Source: Macrostomum lignano (Eukaryota). Taken from it: a stretch of DNA of 64,000 nt. The translations under genes and the position numbers were made by a program. The stretch covers positions 372,001-436,000 of the forward strand of contig NIVC01000221.1 of assembly GCA_002269645.1 (NCBI GenBank). The letters run 5' to 3'. Below are positions 13,993-27,139 of this stretch, one piece after another. The notes under the pieces were generated by a model that had not been told where the DNA came from, did no database searches, and saw only the letters and a program-made list of their open reading frames with translations. Each line of letters begins with the position of its first letter. The stretch's first letter is position 1.

Positions 13993-14945
13993 GAATTCAT
14001 CCAGCACTCCAGCTTCTCATGAATTCCCCAGCACTCCAGTTTCTCATGAATTCCCCAACAATCCAGTTTCCTATGAATTCCCCAACACGCCAGTTTCTCA
14101 TGAATTCCCCAACACTCCAGTTTCTCATGAATTCCCCAGCACTCCAGTTCCTCATGAATTCCCCAGCACTCCAGTTTCTCATGAATTCCCCAACACTCCA
14201 GTTTCTCATGAATTCCCCAACACTTATATTCCCTAACACGCCAGTTTCTCATGAATTCCCCAACACGCCAGTTTCTCATGAATTCCCTAACACTCCAGTT
14301 TCTCATGAATTCCCCAACACTCAAGTTCCTTGTGAATTCCCCAGCACTCCAGTTTCTCATGAATTCCCCAACACTCCAGTTTCTCATGAATTCCCCAACA
14401 CTTATATTCCCTAACACGCCAGTTTCTCATGAACTCCCAAACACGTTTCGCATGAATTCCCCAACACTTATATTCCCCATCCAGTTTCTCATGAATTCCC
14501 CAACACGCCAGTTTCTCATGAATTCTCCAACACGTCAGTCTCTCATGAACTCCCCAGCACTCCAGTTTTTGTGAATTCCCCAGCACTCCAGTTTTTGTGA
14601 ATTCCCCAGCACTCCAGTTTTTGTGAATTCCCCAGCACTCCAGTTTTTGTGAATTCCCCAGCACTCCAGTTTTTGTGAATTCCCCAGCACTCCAGTTTTT
14701 GTGAATTCCCCAACACCCCAGTTTTTGTGAATTCCCCAGCACTCCAGTTTTTGTGAATTCCCCAGCACTCCAGTTTTTGTGAATTCCCCAACACCCCAGT
14801 TTTTGTGAATTCCCCAGCACTCCAGTTTTTGTGAATTCCCCAGCACTCCAGTTTTTGTGAATTCCCCAACACGTCAGTCTCTCATGAACTCCCCAGCACT
14901 CCAGTTTCTCATGAATTCCCCAGCACTCCAGTTTTTTGTGAATTC
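13993..14945. repeat. 27-bp minisatellite (ATGAATTCCCCAGCACTCCAGTTTCTC)
   Basis: Tandem units; a shorter 26-bp variant (TTTTTGTGAATTCC) dominates the right half. Confidence 0.95.
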
Positions 14946-17087
14946 CCTATTGCTTCTGAGGCAACTCCTCAGAGCTAATTTCATTTTTTCAGCGGAATTT
15001 TTCTTGATGGTTTTTGATGAAAGCATAAGGCCGAAAAACGATGGATTTGCCGTGGATTTGCCGTGGAGTTGCCGTTGAGCCCTCTAACTCAACCGCCATT
15101 ATTGCTCTATTGTTCTGAAGTTGTCCTAAGTGTACATTGTGTTTCTTTGCACAGACTATTTTTAAATAGATTGAAGAATATCGTAGCTTTCTCAAGGTCA
15201 TTTTGTTTTAGATTTTTTTAATTTGACCGCATCAAACAGCTTGAGCTTCTAAATGTGCTTCTGAAAGGTTAAAAAAACTCCTGCCGAGCATGCAATTCAG
15301 TGTGCCGCAGTTGCAGAGGCTTGAAACGGACCTGTCAAACCTCAACAGTTTCGCTCAGCTTCAGAACTCAGCGCCTCTGGAAACTCGATTAACATGTACA
15401 GCAGAATCCCACTTGACAGGCAAAGTACACTGTTGGGGTGAATCTCTTTCTTGGCGACTAGAAATGTATAACTAAATGCTCGCATTCTCTACTGTTAGTA
15501 AACACGGTTGATTACTGAATTAGCTGATGCAGGCTCTCTTCAAAGTTATTTGACAGTAAAACTCAGTAAAGCAGCTTACTAAAAAGTAAATAAAAATCGA
15601 ATTCATCTAGCCTCTTTAAGATGCTTCATCGTCTATTTATCCGATTGAGTACATTTAGAGTGAGTAACAAGTTACGATCAATATAAACAGCAATGCATAA
15701 GAATTTCTGCTTTTGCTTATTTGGTCAAGCGAACAAGGTTCACCCACTGTAAAAGGCGAACTGGCTCGCCAAAAGCGGCTCTCTGGGAATCGGGTATCCG
15801 ACTAAAGGAGGCTCTGAACTGACCCGTCAACCAGTGTCTTTTAGCTGTCAGTCTTGAAGTCATAGCCGATACTGCTGGGACTTCGGCAGGGGGTTTCATG
15901 CAGCCCTTGAGTATCAGCATCCAGATTTCATAGTGATCAGTAAATGAAGCAATTCAAGATTTAGCTTCAAACTTGGCTTTTTTGCTACATAAACTCTCAA
16001 AGTAACTCTTAAAGTGTCACTCTTAAGTGTCGTCACTCCCAACCCAAAGGGCCTGATTTCGAGCCCCTTATCAGTGACTCTTCGCATTACTCAGAACTCG
16101 GGACTCAGAGTTTCACAACTTTCAGCGGCACTCCAACTTTCATCATCCATGAACTGCCGCTATGACGCTCAGCTCCATGGAAAATGTCAGCCCAGTCCCA
16201 CCGACCCCCATTCTACAGAATTCTGCAGGATGTGTCAGTGGTACAACAGTGACACAGGAGTAGTGTCCTGTAACAGTTTATTAAATTATTAGTTAAATCA
16301 AGAAGCTGCTCAGAACTTTTGTTTAATTTTTCTGTGGGGTTTTCAGACGCATGCCGAATTCCCAGCATCTGCAGTGCGTCATCATCGATATGAGTGTATT
16401 TTGGCTTTTAACGCGACAGTCAACAAAATTAGTAACTGAATTCAAGAAGTGATTCGTATAAATTTAAGCTATTTGGCACCTCATCCAATACAAGCAAAGT
16501 TGTATGTTGAGTGTGAGTAACACTGATTCACACATTGAGAAGCAGCTGCCATCGCTCAGCCGCTTCTCTCTGAAAAGCCGGAAAAATTCAGCATGCAGTC
16601 AGGGCTGTCAGCCCTCACTTCAGTTTTTTTTTAGCAGTCAACAGAAGCTCACGACCCACCTGCGAATCTGCCAGAGACCGGCCGCAACGAGGATCGGGCT
16701 GTACGTGGCAGTGGTGCTGCTCGCTGACGTCTGGACTCTGAGTCAGAAGGCATGGCTGAATTGAGTCTTCTGTCTTAGTCTGCCTTTCATTTACAGTGTT
16801 GCATTTAGTAGTGCTTATCAAAGCAGCACACACACTCAGAAGGAGAGGATCCATTCCTACAAAATTAGGACTGTGGAGTTCCGGAGTTCTCGTTTATTTT
16901 GAGTGGGTGTTTTCCGCTATGTCCGGATCTGAAGGTGGGTTTAAAATAGATTTTTCTCTCGGTATTCCAGTCCTTATTCAACTGCCCTGCCCAAACCTCG
17001 CAAGAGAATGACTGTACTTGGGTAGGTGTACAAAGAATTCGATGTCTAAGTCTCTGCAAAGCCCGAAAAGCCCAACCCCCGACACCT

Positions 17088-17175
17088 GAGGGGCGCATTG
17101 TCATGATAGAGCGAAACCAAGTCGAAAAGCACAAAAACACAACGCTTTTCTGGTATTCGGAGGAACCCAGGCCTT
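17088..17175 (-). mobile_element. Internally deleted mariner transposase remnant
   Basis: Minus strand gives PGFLR...LYHDNAP, matching two separated parts of the transposase at 58113-59084; duplicated at 62822-62915. Confidence 0.65.
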
Positions 17176-17609
17176 TGTTGACATTCCATTCGAATAGAGT
17201 TTAATAAAATTAGATTAGTAACGAATAACTGAATATGCTTTGTGAAGATCAATTTAAATTGGTCGTGAAGCCGCTGATGGTCTCTCGTTTTATAAAAGAA
17301 AATTTATTCAACATGACAGCGCAGCACAGGCTGGTTGGGTGCAGAGAAACAAAAGCGTTAGAAGACTCACTTTTGACTGGCTCACAGCTTTCTTAGCAAC
17401 GGCATGGCAACCTGAAAAATTCAGCTAAGCTACGCGCAGTTTGGTTATACTGAGTGGGAATTGGCAAATAGCAAAAGACAATTTTTAAGACGGCAATTCT
17501 GTCTTTGCAAAGCAAAGATAAAAGCTGCACAATGGAGTCTTTTCCGGGCTCAGTCTCCGACTCTCTCTCTCTAAAATCCACGCTTCCACTCTGAACAAGC
17601 CAGACAGAA

Positions 17610-18463
17610 ATGTTTTCACAAAGCTTTGCTGTCAGCTACTTGCTGATGTGGGTGGTGTTCGGAAGCTGCTTGACTTCGGTGCCGCCTCATCCGACGGCAT
17701 TCCGCTACATCGGTTGCTTTGTGGATAAAAGGGACCCGACATGACAGGTCTCGTTGGAGTCGCTACATTCGGTCCGTATTCAACATATCCCGGATGGCCA
17801 TCGCTCGTACGAAACACTTCAATGACGCTGCAGCTGTGCAGCCAGATCTGCGCTTCGGTGCGAGGTACGGTGAATACTGCTGCTGTGGCAACAGCTACGG
17901 CTCTTTCGGTCCAGCCCCGGCTAGCGACTGCTCGTATAGATGCCAAGGAAACTTTACTCAAGTGTGTGGCGCAGACATGAGGAACTCATGAAACGAAAAT
18001 GTCTACAAAAATGTCTACTCAAAAGGTAGGCACATCCTGTTCTGACATTTTCTTAACCCTGGTTCAAAGCGATTCAATCACAAACTTTGCAGTCGGCCGA
18101 GCGATGACCAAGCTGGCGGTTTCTGCCATGCCGAGCATCTCAGCTTCACTGAGCTCCATCACCCACAGCAGCGTCTCTGCCAACAGCGCCATCCAGTGCG
18201 CTGCCGCCTGCCAGCGAAGCCCGGACTGTCAGGGCTGCGCCTTCGTGCCTTCGAGCCGCATGTGCCGCCTGTTAAGATTCACCGCTGTGCCCACTGAGGT
18301 GGCCAGCGAGGCTGAGTGGTTCTGGATGAAGCACTTAAGTTTGATGGTGGTAATGCAAACTGTCTTGCAGAGTACTCTATATCGCTTGAGTTGGATTGAA
18401 AAAAAACATTCTTTTATGAATAAAATAAATCAAAAGTTTGCAACATCAAACACGTTTTGTTAG
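17610..18463 (+). pseudogene. WSC + PAN/Apple secreted protein gene with frameshifts (pseudogene or sequencing errors)
   Basis: Signal-peptide-like MFSQSFAVSYLLMWVVFGSC; FRYIGCFVD; MTLQLCSQIC; YCCCGNSYGSFG..DCSYRCQGNFTQVCG split over three frames; putative intron 18026-18092 (GT..TTTGCAG); PAN-like CAAACQRSPDCQGCAFVPSSRMCRLL. Confidence 0.8.
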
Positions 18464-19699
18464 ATGAGCTTTTTGAGTTATTCGTACTCGTAGATTCAAT
18501 GATTAGTTAAAGAAGTTGGTCAAAAATGGAGAGTTGATTTGGTTTCTAATTCCTGAGCTTTAATTCAATCAATTTCACTAATATAGGCGTTGTGTGACGA
18601 AAAACTGCAGTGTTAGGTATGGATAGAGCTAGCAGGCAGATAGACAGACAGAGAGACAGCCCTTGGGCCCTATTTAACATCTTTTCTAAGATAAAAAAGG
18701 TAATATTTGCAGGAGGCCTGTGGGCACACTGGAACAACGCCTTTGGCGATATCGCACTTCGGCGACATTACTGACGACAACTCTGTCTGATTCTTGAGCA
18801 CATAAATGCATGTTTAATCGCTGTGCCTTGGGGGCTGGCCGAAAGCTGGCCGAAAGCTGGCCGAAAGCTGGCAAAACTTCCTACCAAAAATTGTCTCATA
18901 TGACTTCATCTTCGAGTCGGTTCAACCCTTCAGAAGCTCTCTCCTAGTCCTTGCAGAGAAAAACAACTGTTCATGGAAAGAATTGTCGAAATTGCTGAAT
19001 AGTTGCGCCTCCATTTGAGTCTCGTTAATTATTTAACAGCCTGACTTCATTATTTCAACTGCAAAAGTGTTCTTTTAGCATTCGTTGTCGAAATACAAGG
19101 AGCTAGTCAAATAATAGAAGACAAAAGCGAAATTTTTGTTTCTGTAAGAGAGGCTGAAGCAAGAAGGTACGAGTAGGCTCACTTACAATTGACTGACAAG
19201 CGCTTGCATTCGTTAGCAGTGCACACAGTTTTAAAGTTTTGGTTTCAACTAACCTCACGAAGCTGGCTGCATCGTCTGTGCGTCGCGTGAGCTATCAGCT
19301 ACTGAAAGTAGAACTGCAGCAATTTAAATCACAGCATGGAAGTCTCTCACGTAATGTACCTACAAGGACAAATTAAGTAGAAGGAGGCAACACTCGAAAT
19401 CTATGGTAAATGTTTTGAAGGCCACTTTTCGCCGAAAAATACACTGCAGAGATAGAAGGTTTTAATTTTTCAGCACAAAATTGTTATTGCTTTTGATAGG
19501 AGGCAGATTCAGTGTTTATATTTTGATATATTGTGTCTTTCTTATTGCTTGTGGAAATTTCACGATTTTCAACACTAAAACAGTGATTGGGTCTCTAACA
19601 GTGTCAGAGAAAGTCCTAATCACACTATTTTTGCCTCATGCTGCTCAGGCGAAGCATTAATCGATTTTTCATGTTAAAATGGTATTGTCATTATTTTCA

Positions 19700-20205
19700 A
19701 CGTTTTTTCAAGTAAGACTACTTGAGTTCAAGAAAAAAGTGAAAAAACTGTTCAAAAAAGCCTTAACGTGCAGCTTAGGATCACGTTCCGCACGGAGAAG
19801 GTGTCCCAGTATGTCTGCAACTTGAAGTCTCGTGTGCCTCGGCCTCTCATTGCAGGTGTCGTTTATAAATTTCATTGCTCTGGTGACCAGAGTATTTCGT
19901 ACATCGGAAAAACTAAGCGACACTTGTACACCAGGGTCAAGGAGCACTGGACCAAAAGATCTGCTATACAGGAGCACCTTCTCACATGCAACTAATGCTG
20001 TAACAGCAAACCGATTGATTTATTTAAGATTATCGATTCCTGCCGCCATGAGCACACTTTGAACATCTTAGAGGCTATGTACATCAAAGATCAGAACCCG
20101 AGCCTAAACTGCCAGCTAGCTATGGGGGTGCCAGCCGCCAACTCAGCGTGTTTTAGCTTGGAGTGTACGCTACTGCACCGTGTGTTAGAACTTTTTTTCA
20201 ATTGA
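19700..20205 (+). mobile_element. Penelope-like element 3' remnant: GIY-YIG endonuclease with one in-frame stop
   Basis: GVVYKFHC...SYIGKTKRHLYTRVKEH...SAIQEHLLTC*...FKIIDSC...LNILEAMYIKDQNPSLN is typical PLE GIY-YIG C-terminal sequence; TAA at 19993-19995. Confidence 0.85.
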
Positions 20206-20292
20206 AAACTACGTACATTAATTTATATTGTGTATTCAACTTATTACAGGTATAATTATTCAACTGTTTATTTAAATTTTCAATTTCATTAC

Positions 20293-20332
20293 TGCCCTGA
20301 CGATGACCTACAGGGATCGAAATGCATTGGCA
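20293..20332 (+). ncRNA. Minimal type I hammerhead ribozyme motif (PLE-associated)
   Basis: Stem I TGCC/GGCA; core CTGACGA; imperfect stem II GACC-TACA-GGGATC; GAAA; palindromic stem III ATGCAT; NUH triplet ATT (cleavage after 20328). Confidence 0.75.
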
Positions 20333-20559
20333 ATTAAATTAAAGTAAATAAAAACAAGTTAATGTTTGTTCTTTCATTCATTTTATTCCTATTTATTAAG
20401 CGAGCTACTCTTCCAGAATTCGACACACAATCTTAAGACGCACAACGTTTATCTAAAAACAATGCATGAAAATAACTGATTACTCCTGCCTCAATTGGGC
20501 CAGACGTGCAAACGACAGCTCAGCCGAAGCTTTTGTGCGGCTCATCTGGAGATGAAGAT

Positions 20560-21010
20560 GAAGACGGTCCACCAGTCCGTCCTGTAGCGTGATCTTCCGT
20601 GAAGAAAGTAACTCAGCTCTCCCAGAGAAACTGGATGAGTCGTGGGATGCTGTCGGGCTGGCGGACCTCGATAATGGAGAGTTCAGCCTGAGGTAGCGTA
20701 GCCGGTCCCTGATAATGAAAACGGCATTTGACAGACAAAGTGCTGAACATATTCGGTGTCCGTAGGTCCTATTATATGGCCCTATGGGGCAGGAAACGAA
20801 TGCCGGCGTCAATTAGACGGTGGGAAATCTTGGAAGCTTTCCTGTGGACAAAGATCGTTTCCAGCAGGGGAATGTTGAGGAAGGCGTTGAGACCATCATA
20901 AGGAGCAGACGGGGGGGGGCGCTAATGATCATGCGGCATGCGCGCCCTTGCGTTCTCCTGAAAGTCTCTAGACAGGTCTTATCTGCAGGCGCTAGCTGAG
21001 ATCCACTATT
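20560..21010 (-). mobile_element. Decayed, internally deleted remnant of the LINE family at 51012-56743
   Basis: Reverse complement aligns by eye with 55345-55570 (GCTAGCGCCCTGCAGATAAAGACCTGTCTAGAG...) and with 56470-56625 (GACCGGCTACGCTACCTC...GGAAGATCACGCT). Confidence 0.85.
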
Positions 21011-21977
21011 ATCCTAAATAATTTAAAGTAATTCTTCAATAATTGTCGTTACAATTACCTTTACAGAACAACTGCAATATTTTTCAGTCGAAGGTGGACC
21101 CATTTGTCATAATAAACGACCACCCGAGCCCGTTACCTTCAGTTTGCACCCCACGACGCCTATAAATGTCGCTGAAAAATATGTGCTTCTACATTGCATC
21201 GAGGGATAACGACGTTATACAACGGCTAAATGTCTGTGTAATATAAAATGTTGTCCTCACTGCTAATTTGATGGTATGACAATTCTAGTTGCGTGATTGC
21301 ACTATGGTTTCTAAATCATTCTTTGTCGCTTTGTACATCTTTCATGTGAAACAATACTTAATTGTTAGTATTGTGAATGATATCATCGTGTGCAGTATCG
21401 TAACACCATTTTACATCTGATTTGAGCAATGTTTGACCGCCTAGTCACTAGCAGTAATGTCACAGAGGGACTACTAAATACTGAGTAACCCTTAGGTAAA
21501 GTAAACCGGCTTAATGAAGAGGTACTTTTTCGCACCCACCCCCTATAGCTAGCATCAAACTTCTATCGCCCCCTAGTAATTTTGAATTTTGAATTTGAGT
21601 CAATGCGCACATGCTTACGAGAGACTGAAATTTCAAGGATATTTTGATATGAACAGATGTTTTTGTTTTGTATAGCTCAGTTGCGTGTTTGGCTTGAGAG
21701 ATACACTGGTAATAAACAATCGGATCGCATTTGCGCTTAAACTACTCTTTATGTGAAGGTAAGAAATAGTAGTATATATGTCCCAAAAAGAAACTTACGA
21801 TTAAGCTTAAATTGAGCTAAACCAAATTCTACTAGATAGCGGTCGAAAAAGTTAATTCCAGTGTCAGTCCGATGTATTCCGTCTTAACAAACCATCGAGA
21901 GAGGATGTGTTCAGAATGTTTCCAATATTTCTTGACTTGATTTTCTAATAAAAAACAAGCAACAATCGTTTATTATA

Positions 21978-22085
21978 TCTAAATATACTAAATCTTTCCA
22001 TATACTAAAACTATTCTGTCGGTATCTAGGTATGCGATCGATTTTAGCAAAAACGGCTCAACCGATTTTGTTCGAACTTGCACTG
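21978..22085 (+). mobile_element. Possible Helitron/Helentron-type non-autonomous element 5' fragment
   Basis: TC..TATACTAAAA start followed by AAAACGGCTCAACCGATTTTG, resembling from memory the conserved 5' block of such elements; no convincing 3' hairpin-CTRR end. Confidence 0.35.
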
Positions 22086-23219
22086 TTCGATCAGAAATTT
22101 TTCCGTGACGGTACATGCAACGTGGCTAAGAAATTGCTCGATGCTATTTTAATCTAATAAAACAAATACTTTAGATTTTATCTGCTTAACTAGCTGCTGG
22201 CTACTCAGCAATTTAGTTCTGCATCAGATCCCTTTATTAATCAGGCGTTGAGCATTCCGTGGATTTTCTGTGCTACCAAGAACACACGCATTCTTCACCG
22301 GCTAAGATTTCTAGGAAAATCAAGTGTAGCTTTCATGGACTTCAGCTGTCCATGGAAGTAAAGCGCCTAGTTGCCAAAGCAGCTCCAAGGTTTTCGTCTA
22401 TTTTTAACTCTAAAAAAGAGAAGTTTTTTAGCTTTTCTTCTTGTAACATCGCTTCTTCATCGATTTTAAAAGCAAACAACGGCTTGCATCTGCGGATGCA
22501 TTTCTTCTTTGTTTCTCGAATTTCTGCAGCAAACTTTTTCGGCACAAGTCTGACTGAGAGACGCATTCACAGGTTCTGAACGCTGCATCAGTTACCAACC
22601 GGAAAAGCTCCTGCAGACAATGCATTGGGTTTGCTTTCTCATGACAGAGTCAGAATCGCACAAGCAAACTTGGGATGGACAGATAGACAGCACCTGAATA
22701 GAAGGCTTCCTTCAACTTTTCTGTTTTTTAAAGGGAACTCACAGCTTATGCATCCCACATTCTTCTACATCCAGAGATAGGTAATATTTATGTATCCAAT
22801 TGTGCATGCGTATTTGCCATAAATACATGAATATCTGCAAAATATAAGAATTAAGAGGGAATAAACCTAAATTGTTATCGACAGCCAGAAAGAATTAAAA
22901 AAGATTTGTATTTTTTTGTTTTTTTATAGCTACTTAGATATTAGATTTTTTCTCACAACTAAAAAAACATTGCAGGGTTAACATGAAACTTCATTTAGGA
23001 CAGAGAAGGGGAACTCGATTTCAGGGTCAGCAGCAATGTTCTTGGGGGTTTCAATGTATCGATTTTAATAACGTTTATTGTAATTTGCCTCCGTAATCAG
23101 CACTTCAGTCTCTTGCGCCTTCACCCAGCTCAGCCTCAAAGCTTCATCCAGACCTACTCAGCCTCACAGCTTCATCCAGACTCTCTCAGCCTCACAGCTT
23201 CATCCAGACCCACTCAGCC

Positions 23220-24093
23220 TCACAGCTTCATCCAGACCCCCTCAGTCTCGCTGGCCACCTCAGCGGGCACAGCGGCGAATCTCAGCAGGCGGCACATGCG
23301 GCTCGAAGGCACGAAGGCGCAGCCCTGACAGTCCGGGCTGCCGTAGCAGATGGTGGCGCATTCAACTGCACTGCTGGCTGCGATGTTGCGGTGAGTGATG
23401 GAGCTCGCGGAGGCTGTGATGTTCGGCAGAGACGTCAGGGGCAGTTTCGGCATCACCGGATTGACTGCAGAAGGGTTGGTTGAAAATATGGAATGCCAAT
23501 ATAATATTTTATCAGTCAAATTAATTCGAATATTGATGGTTAAATCTTCCAATGAGAAGTAAATTTAATGAAAAAAGAGTTCAGTGTTTTTAAGTCGTCC
23601 TTCACTAACTTTACATAACCTGTGTTTACACTTGTGCGAGCTGCGTTAATCCGGAACACTTACTTTGTGGGTAAGTCAGTTCGTAGATGGAGTTTCTTGA
23701 GCCTCCACCGCAAATCTGAACCGAGTTTCCAGTGCAAGCTCTGCTGCAGTCGCCAGCCTGTGCGATGCCGTGCGATCCGTAGGCCGAGCCGCAGCAGCAG
23801 AAGCCCGCAGACTGAACTCCAAAGTAGCGAAATCGGCCGTAAGAGCACATCTGGCTGCACAGTTGCAGTGTCATCTTGGAGCCATCGTGACCGAATGCTG
23901 GGTTAGAAGGGTGAGTCTCAAACTGTCCGAACTTTTTGACTCCCTCCAGTCCTACGAGATCTCGGTTGCCATTACCGCCATCCACGTAGCAGCCGAGGTG
24001 GCGAAACTCCAACGGTTGAGGCGGCACCGCAGCAGCGGCGCAGCGTCCGGGACCAGCTGCCCAGCAGAGCAGCAAAGCGCAGAGTTTCAGCAT
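23220..24093 (-). CDS. Intact two-exon secreted WSC + PAN/Apple domain protein, 224 aa (exons 24093-23664 and 23464-23220)
   Basis: Signal peptide MLKLCALLLCWAAGPGRCAAA; WSC motif FRHLGCYVD...MTLQLCSQMC...FGVQSAGFCCCG...DCSRACTGNSVQICGG; phase-1 intron GTAAGT...TTCTGCAG joins 430+245 nt in frame; PAN-like CATICYGSPDCQGCAFVPSSRMCRLL. Confidence 0.9.
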
Positions 24094-25059
24094 TGGGAAA
24101 AAATCCCAGTGAGTGGCCGAACCGCAGTTTCTGAGACGCTTCTTCGGATTCTGGTAAGAAATTTGGGTAATATATTTGCTGGAAGAAGCCAATGAAGAAT
24201 TGACCACCTATGCTGTGCAAGGATTGGCTGAGGCTCCACCCTAATAGGAAAAAGGGATCGACCCCTAATGAGTAGCAAGACAGGAATATATCTGATATCT
24301 CTGATACTGTGTTCAAAAAGTTCAAAAGATAGATAGATAGATAGATGATAGATAAGGCGAAATGAAACCACGCACACAGTTGAAGCAAATTCACAATTTC
24401 TTTAATTCTAAGAAGAAAAACTAATTTTCGACCCGAACCGAGTCTTTGTCAGGGTATATTGCAAATAAAAATCAGTGAAAACGGGCGAATTAAAACAGAG
24501 TTGGGTATTTATAGTGAGTATAAAAAACCACGTGTAAAATAAAATGATCAATATGGTTGGGGTGGGAACGATTGCAACGCGTGTGTACACCTGTTCATCT
24601 AGTTCTCATCTGAAAAGAGGTTTGAGTTTTGGGACCGAGCACTAGTTACGGCGGGCAGTTTGGATGGACATAGAATGTCCTTTAACAGTATAACTACCAA
24701 GAGGGGGAGAAAAATTCCCCCCCCCTGACAATTTTTTTTGCTGCGCCGGTACGGAGCAACGCAGGCACACGAAATTCAAGAACACGGGCTAACTTTTTGT
24801 TGTGCACCTTCTCAAACAAGAATCAAGTCGCCAGCCTTCCGGACCGTCGAGATATTCGACGATTCTGCCAGAAGGTCTGATTTTTCCCATAAGCGTTAGT
24901 GGATTCAGTACACCCCTGTGCGCCAATTAGCACTGCGCCTCAGTGCAGCCTTGCCAAGTCTCCAAATTTCATTAGCACGTCGACCACATGTGTCTGCATC
25001 AGCTCTGACTTCGTTGGTCAATAGCCTTCCCCCAGGCGGAGCTTCTGGACCTTCAACAG

Positions 25060-25977
25060 CTGTGGCACCAGGTGACCATGGACACCCTGTTGCAAATATG
25101 TCAGGTTTTTCTTATCAAGCTTCAATAATGGGCAAACCTCAACTGCCGGACATTCTCAGCTAGTCTCTCGAGCCTTTAGCCATCACCCCGACGCCGTTGG
25201 CACCTTCAACAGATTACACCAGGTGACTATGGACATCCTGTTGCAAATATGTCAGGTCTTTCTTATCAAGCTTCAATAATGGGCAAACCTCAACTGCCGG
25301 ACATTCTCAGCTAGTCTCTCGAGCCTTTAGTTATCACCCCGACGCCGTCGGCACCTTCAACAGATTACACCAGGTGACTATGGACATCCTGTTGCAAATA
25401 TGTCAGGTTTTTCTTATCAAGCTTCAATAATGGGCAAACCTCAACTGCCGGACATTCTCAGCTAGTCTCTCGAGCCTTTAGTCATCACCCCGACGCCGTC
25501 GGCACCTTCAACAGATTACACCAGGTGACTATGGACATCCTGTTGCAAATATGTCAGGTTTTTCTTATCAAGCTTCAATAATGGGCAAACCTCAACTGCC
25601 GGACATTCTCAGCTAGTCTCTCGAGCCTTTAGTTATCACCCCGACGCCGTCGGCACCTTCAACAGATTACACCAGGTGACTATGGACATCCTGTTGCAAA
25701 TATGTCAGGTTTTTCTTATCAAGCTTCAATAATGGGCAAACCTCAACTGCCGGACATTCTCAGCTAGTCTCTCGAGCCTTTAGTCATCACCCCGACGCCG
25801 TCGGCACCTTTAACAGATTACACCAGGTGACTATGGACATCCTGTTGCAAATATGTCAGGTTTTTCTTATCAAGCTTCAATAATGGGCAAACCTCAACTG
25901 CCGGACATTCTCAGCTAGTCTCTCGAGCCTTTAGTCATCACCCCGACGCCGTCGGCACCTTCAACAGGTGGCAACAG
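25060..25977. repeat. 151-bp tandem repeat, ~6 near-identical units
   Basis: CCAGGTGAC recurs at 25068, 25219, 25370, 25521, 25672 and 25823 (period 151). Confidence 0.95.
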
Positions 25978-26515
25978 GTGAGTAAGGACACCTGAGCGTG
26001 ATTTTTCATCATTCTCTTAACATTTCTGAAGCTCTCAAAATTTTTTAAGCACGGACATTGCTATAGTTAAGCTTGAACTCATGTTGCTGTATATTTATAT
26101 TATTATTACACATACTTTTATACATACGAACTACATACATTTTTTATTAGACAAGCTGTTTAGTTTATTCAACTATAATATTGAACCCAATTTTTATGCA
26201 GAAAGGGTTATGCTTTTAAAAAATGAAAAAACCTAAATTTTTTTTGCGTGCCGGTAAATTCAATCGGTTTATTCGGTACACTGTACAAAACCAGAAATAT
26301 GCGACAGAGGATATGTCAGACGATATGATTTTCGAACTTTATGGAAGTTACTAATAATTATAAATTAGTAGGAACTCGGTTAGTGAACAATTATTTACAG
26401 TATATTAATAACAGAAATTTAAAAAATGAAGCTAATGAGTTGCTTCAATTTTGACACTGAGCAAGTTTTACGCAAGCAAGTGCTCACAATTATGGGATTG
26501 GTGAGGGATTAAAAC

Positions 26516-27058
26516 CATGAGAAACTGGGGGAATTCATGAGAAAATGAGGAATTCACGAGAAACTAGGGAATTCATGAGAAACCGGGGAATTCATGAGAA
26601 ACTGGGGAATTCATGAGAAACCGGGGAATTCATGAGAAACTGGGGAATTCATGAGAAACTGGGGAATTCATGAGAAACTGGGGGAATTCATGAGAAACTG
26701 GGGAATTCATGAGAAACTGGGGAATTCATGAGAAACTGGAGAATTCATGAGAAACATGGGGAATTCATGAGAAACATGGGGGAATTCATGAGAAACATGG
26801 GGGAATTCATGAGAAACTGGGGAATTCATGAGAAACTGGGTAACTCATGAGAAACTGGGGGAATTCATGAGAAACTGGGGAATTCATGAGAAACTGGGGA
26901 ATTCATGAGAAACTGGGGAATTCATGAGAAACAAGGGGAATTCATGAGAAACTGGAGAATTCATGAGAAAAATGGGGGAATTCATGAGAAACATGGGGGA
27001 ATTCATGAGAAACTGGGGAACTTATGAGAAACTGGGGGAAATTCATGAGAAACGGGGA
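26516..27058. repeat. 20-21-bp minisatellite (GAATTCATGAGAAACTGGGG), shortened relative of the 27-bp family, reverse orientation
   Basis: Its reverse complement CCCCAGTTTCTCATGAATTC is the 27-mer minus 7 nt. Confidence 0.9.
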
Positions 27059-27139
27059 TTGATAAAGTGCAACAATATGCATGGTTTGCTTAAGTTATGA
27101 GAACTGGCAGTATAATTTTAACACGGAAGTCTAATTAAA

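Noticed and set aside
15717-15920. 67-aa ORF retained in both duplicates (also 60668-60871)
   Set aside because: Retention is expected from recent duplication; no domain and no evidence of codon-level constraint
21564-21577. CTCF-like motif (reverse ACTAGGGGGCGATA) and kappaB-like GGGACTTTCC at 43753-43762
   Set aside because: Single short matches are expected by chance in 64 kb; no supporting context
22259-22625. Coding-looking fragment (KKFAAEIRETKKKCIRRCKPLFAFKIDEE...)
   Set aside because: Short, interrupted by stops, no identifiable family or clear splice structure
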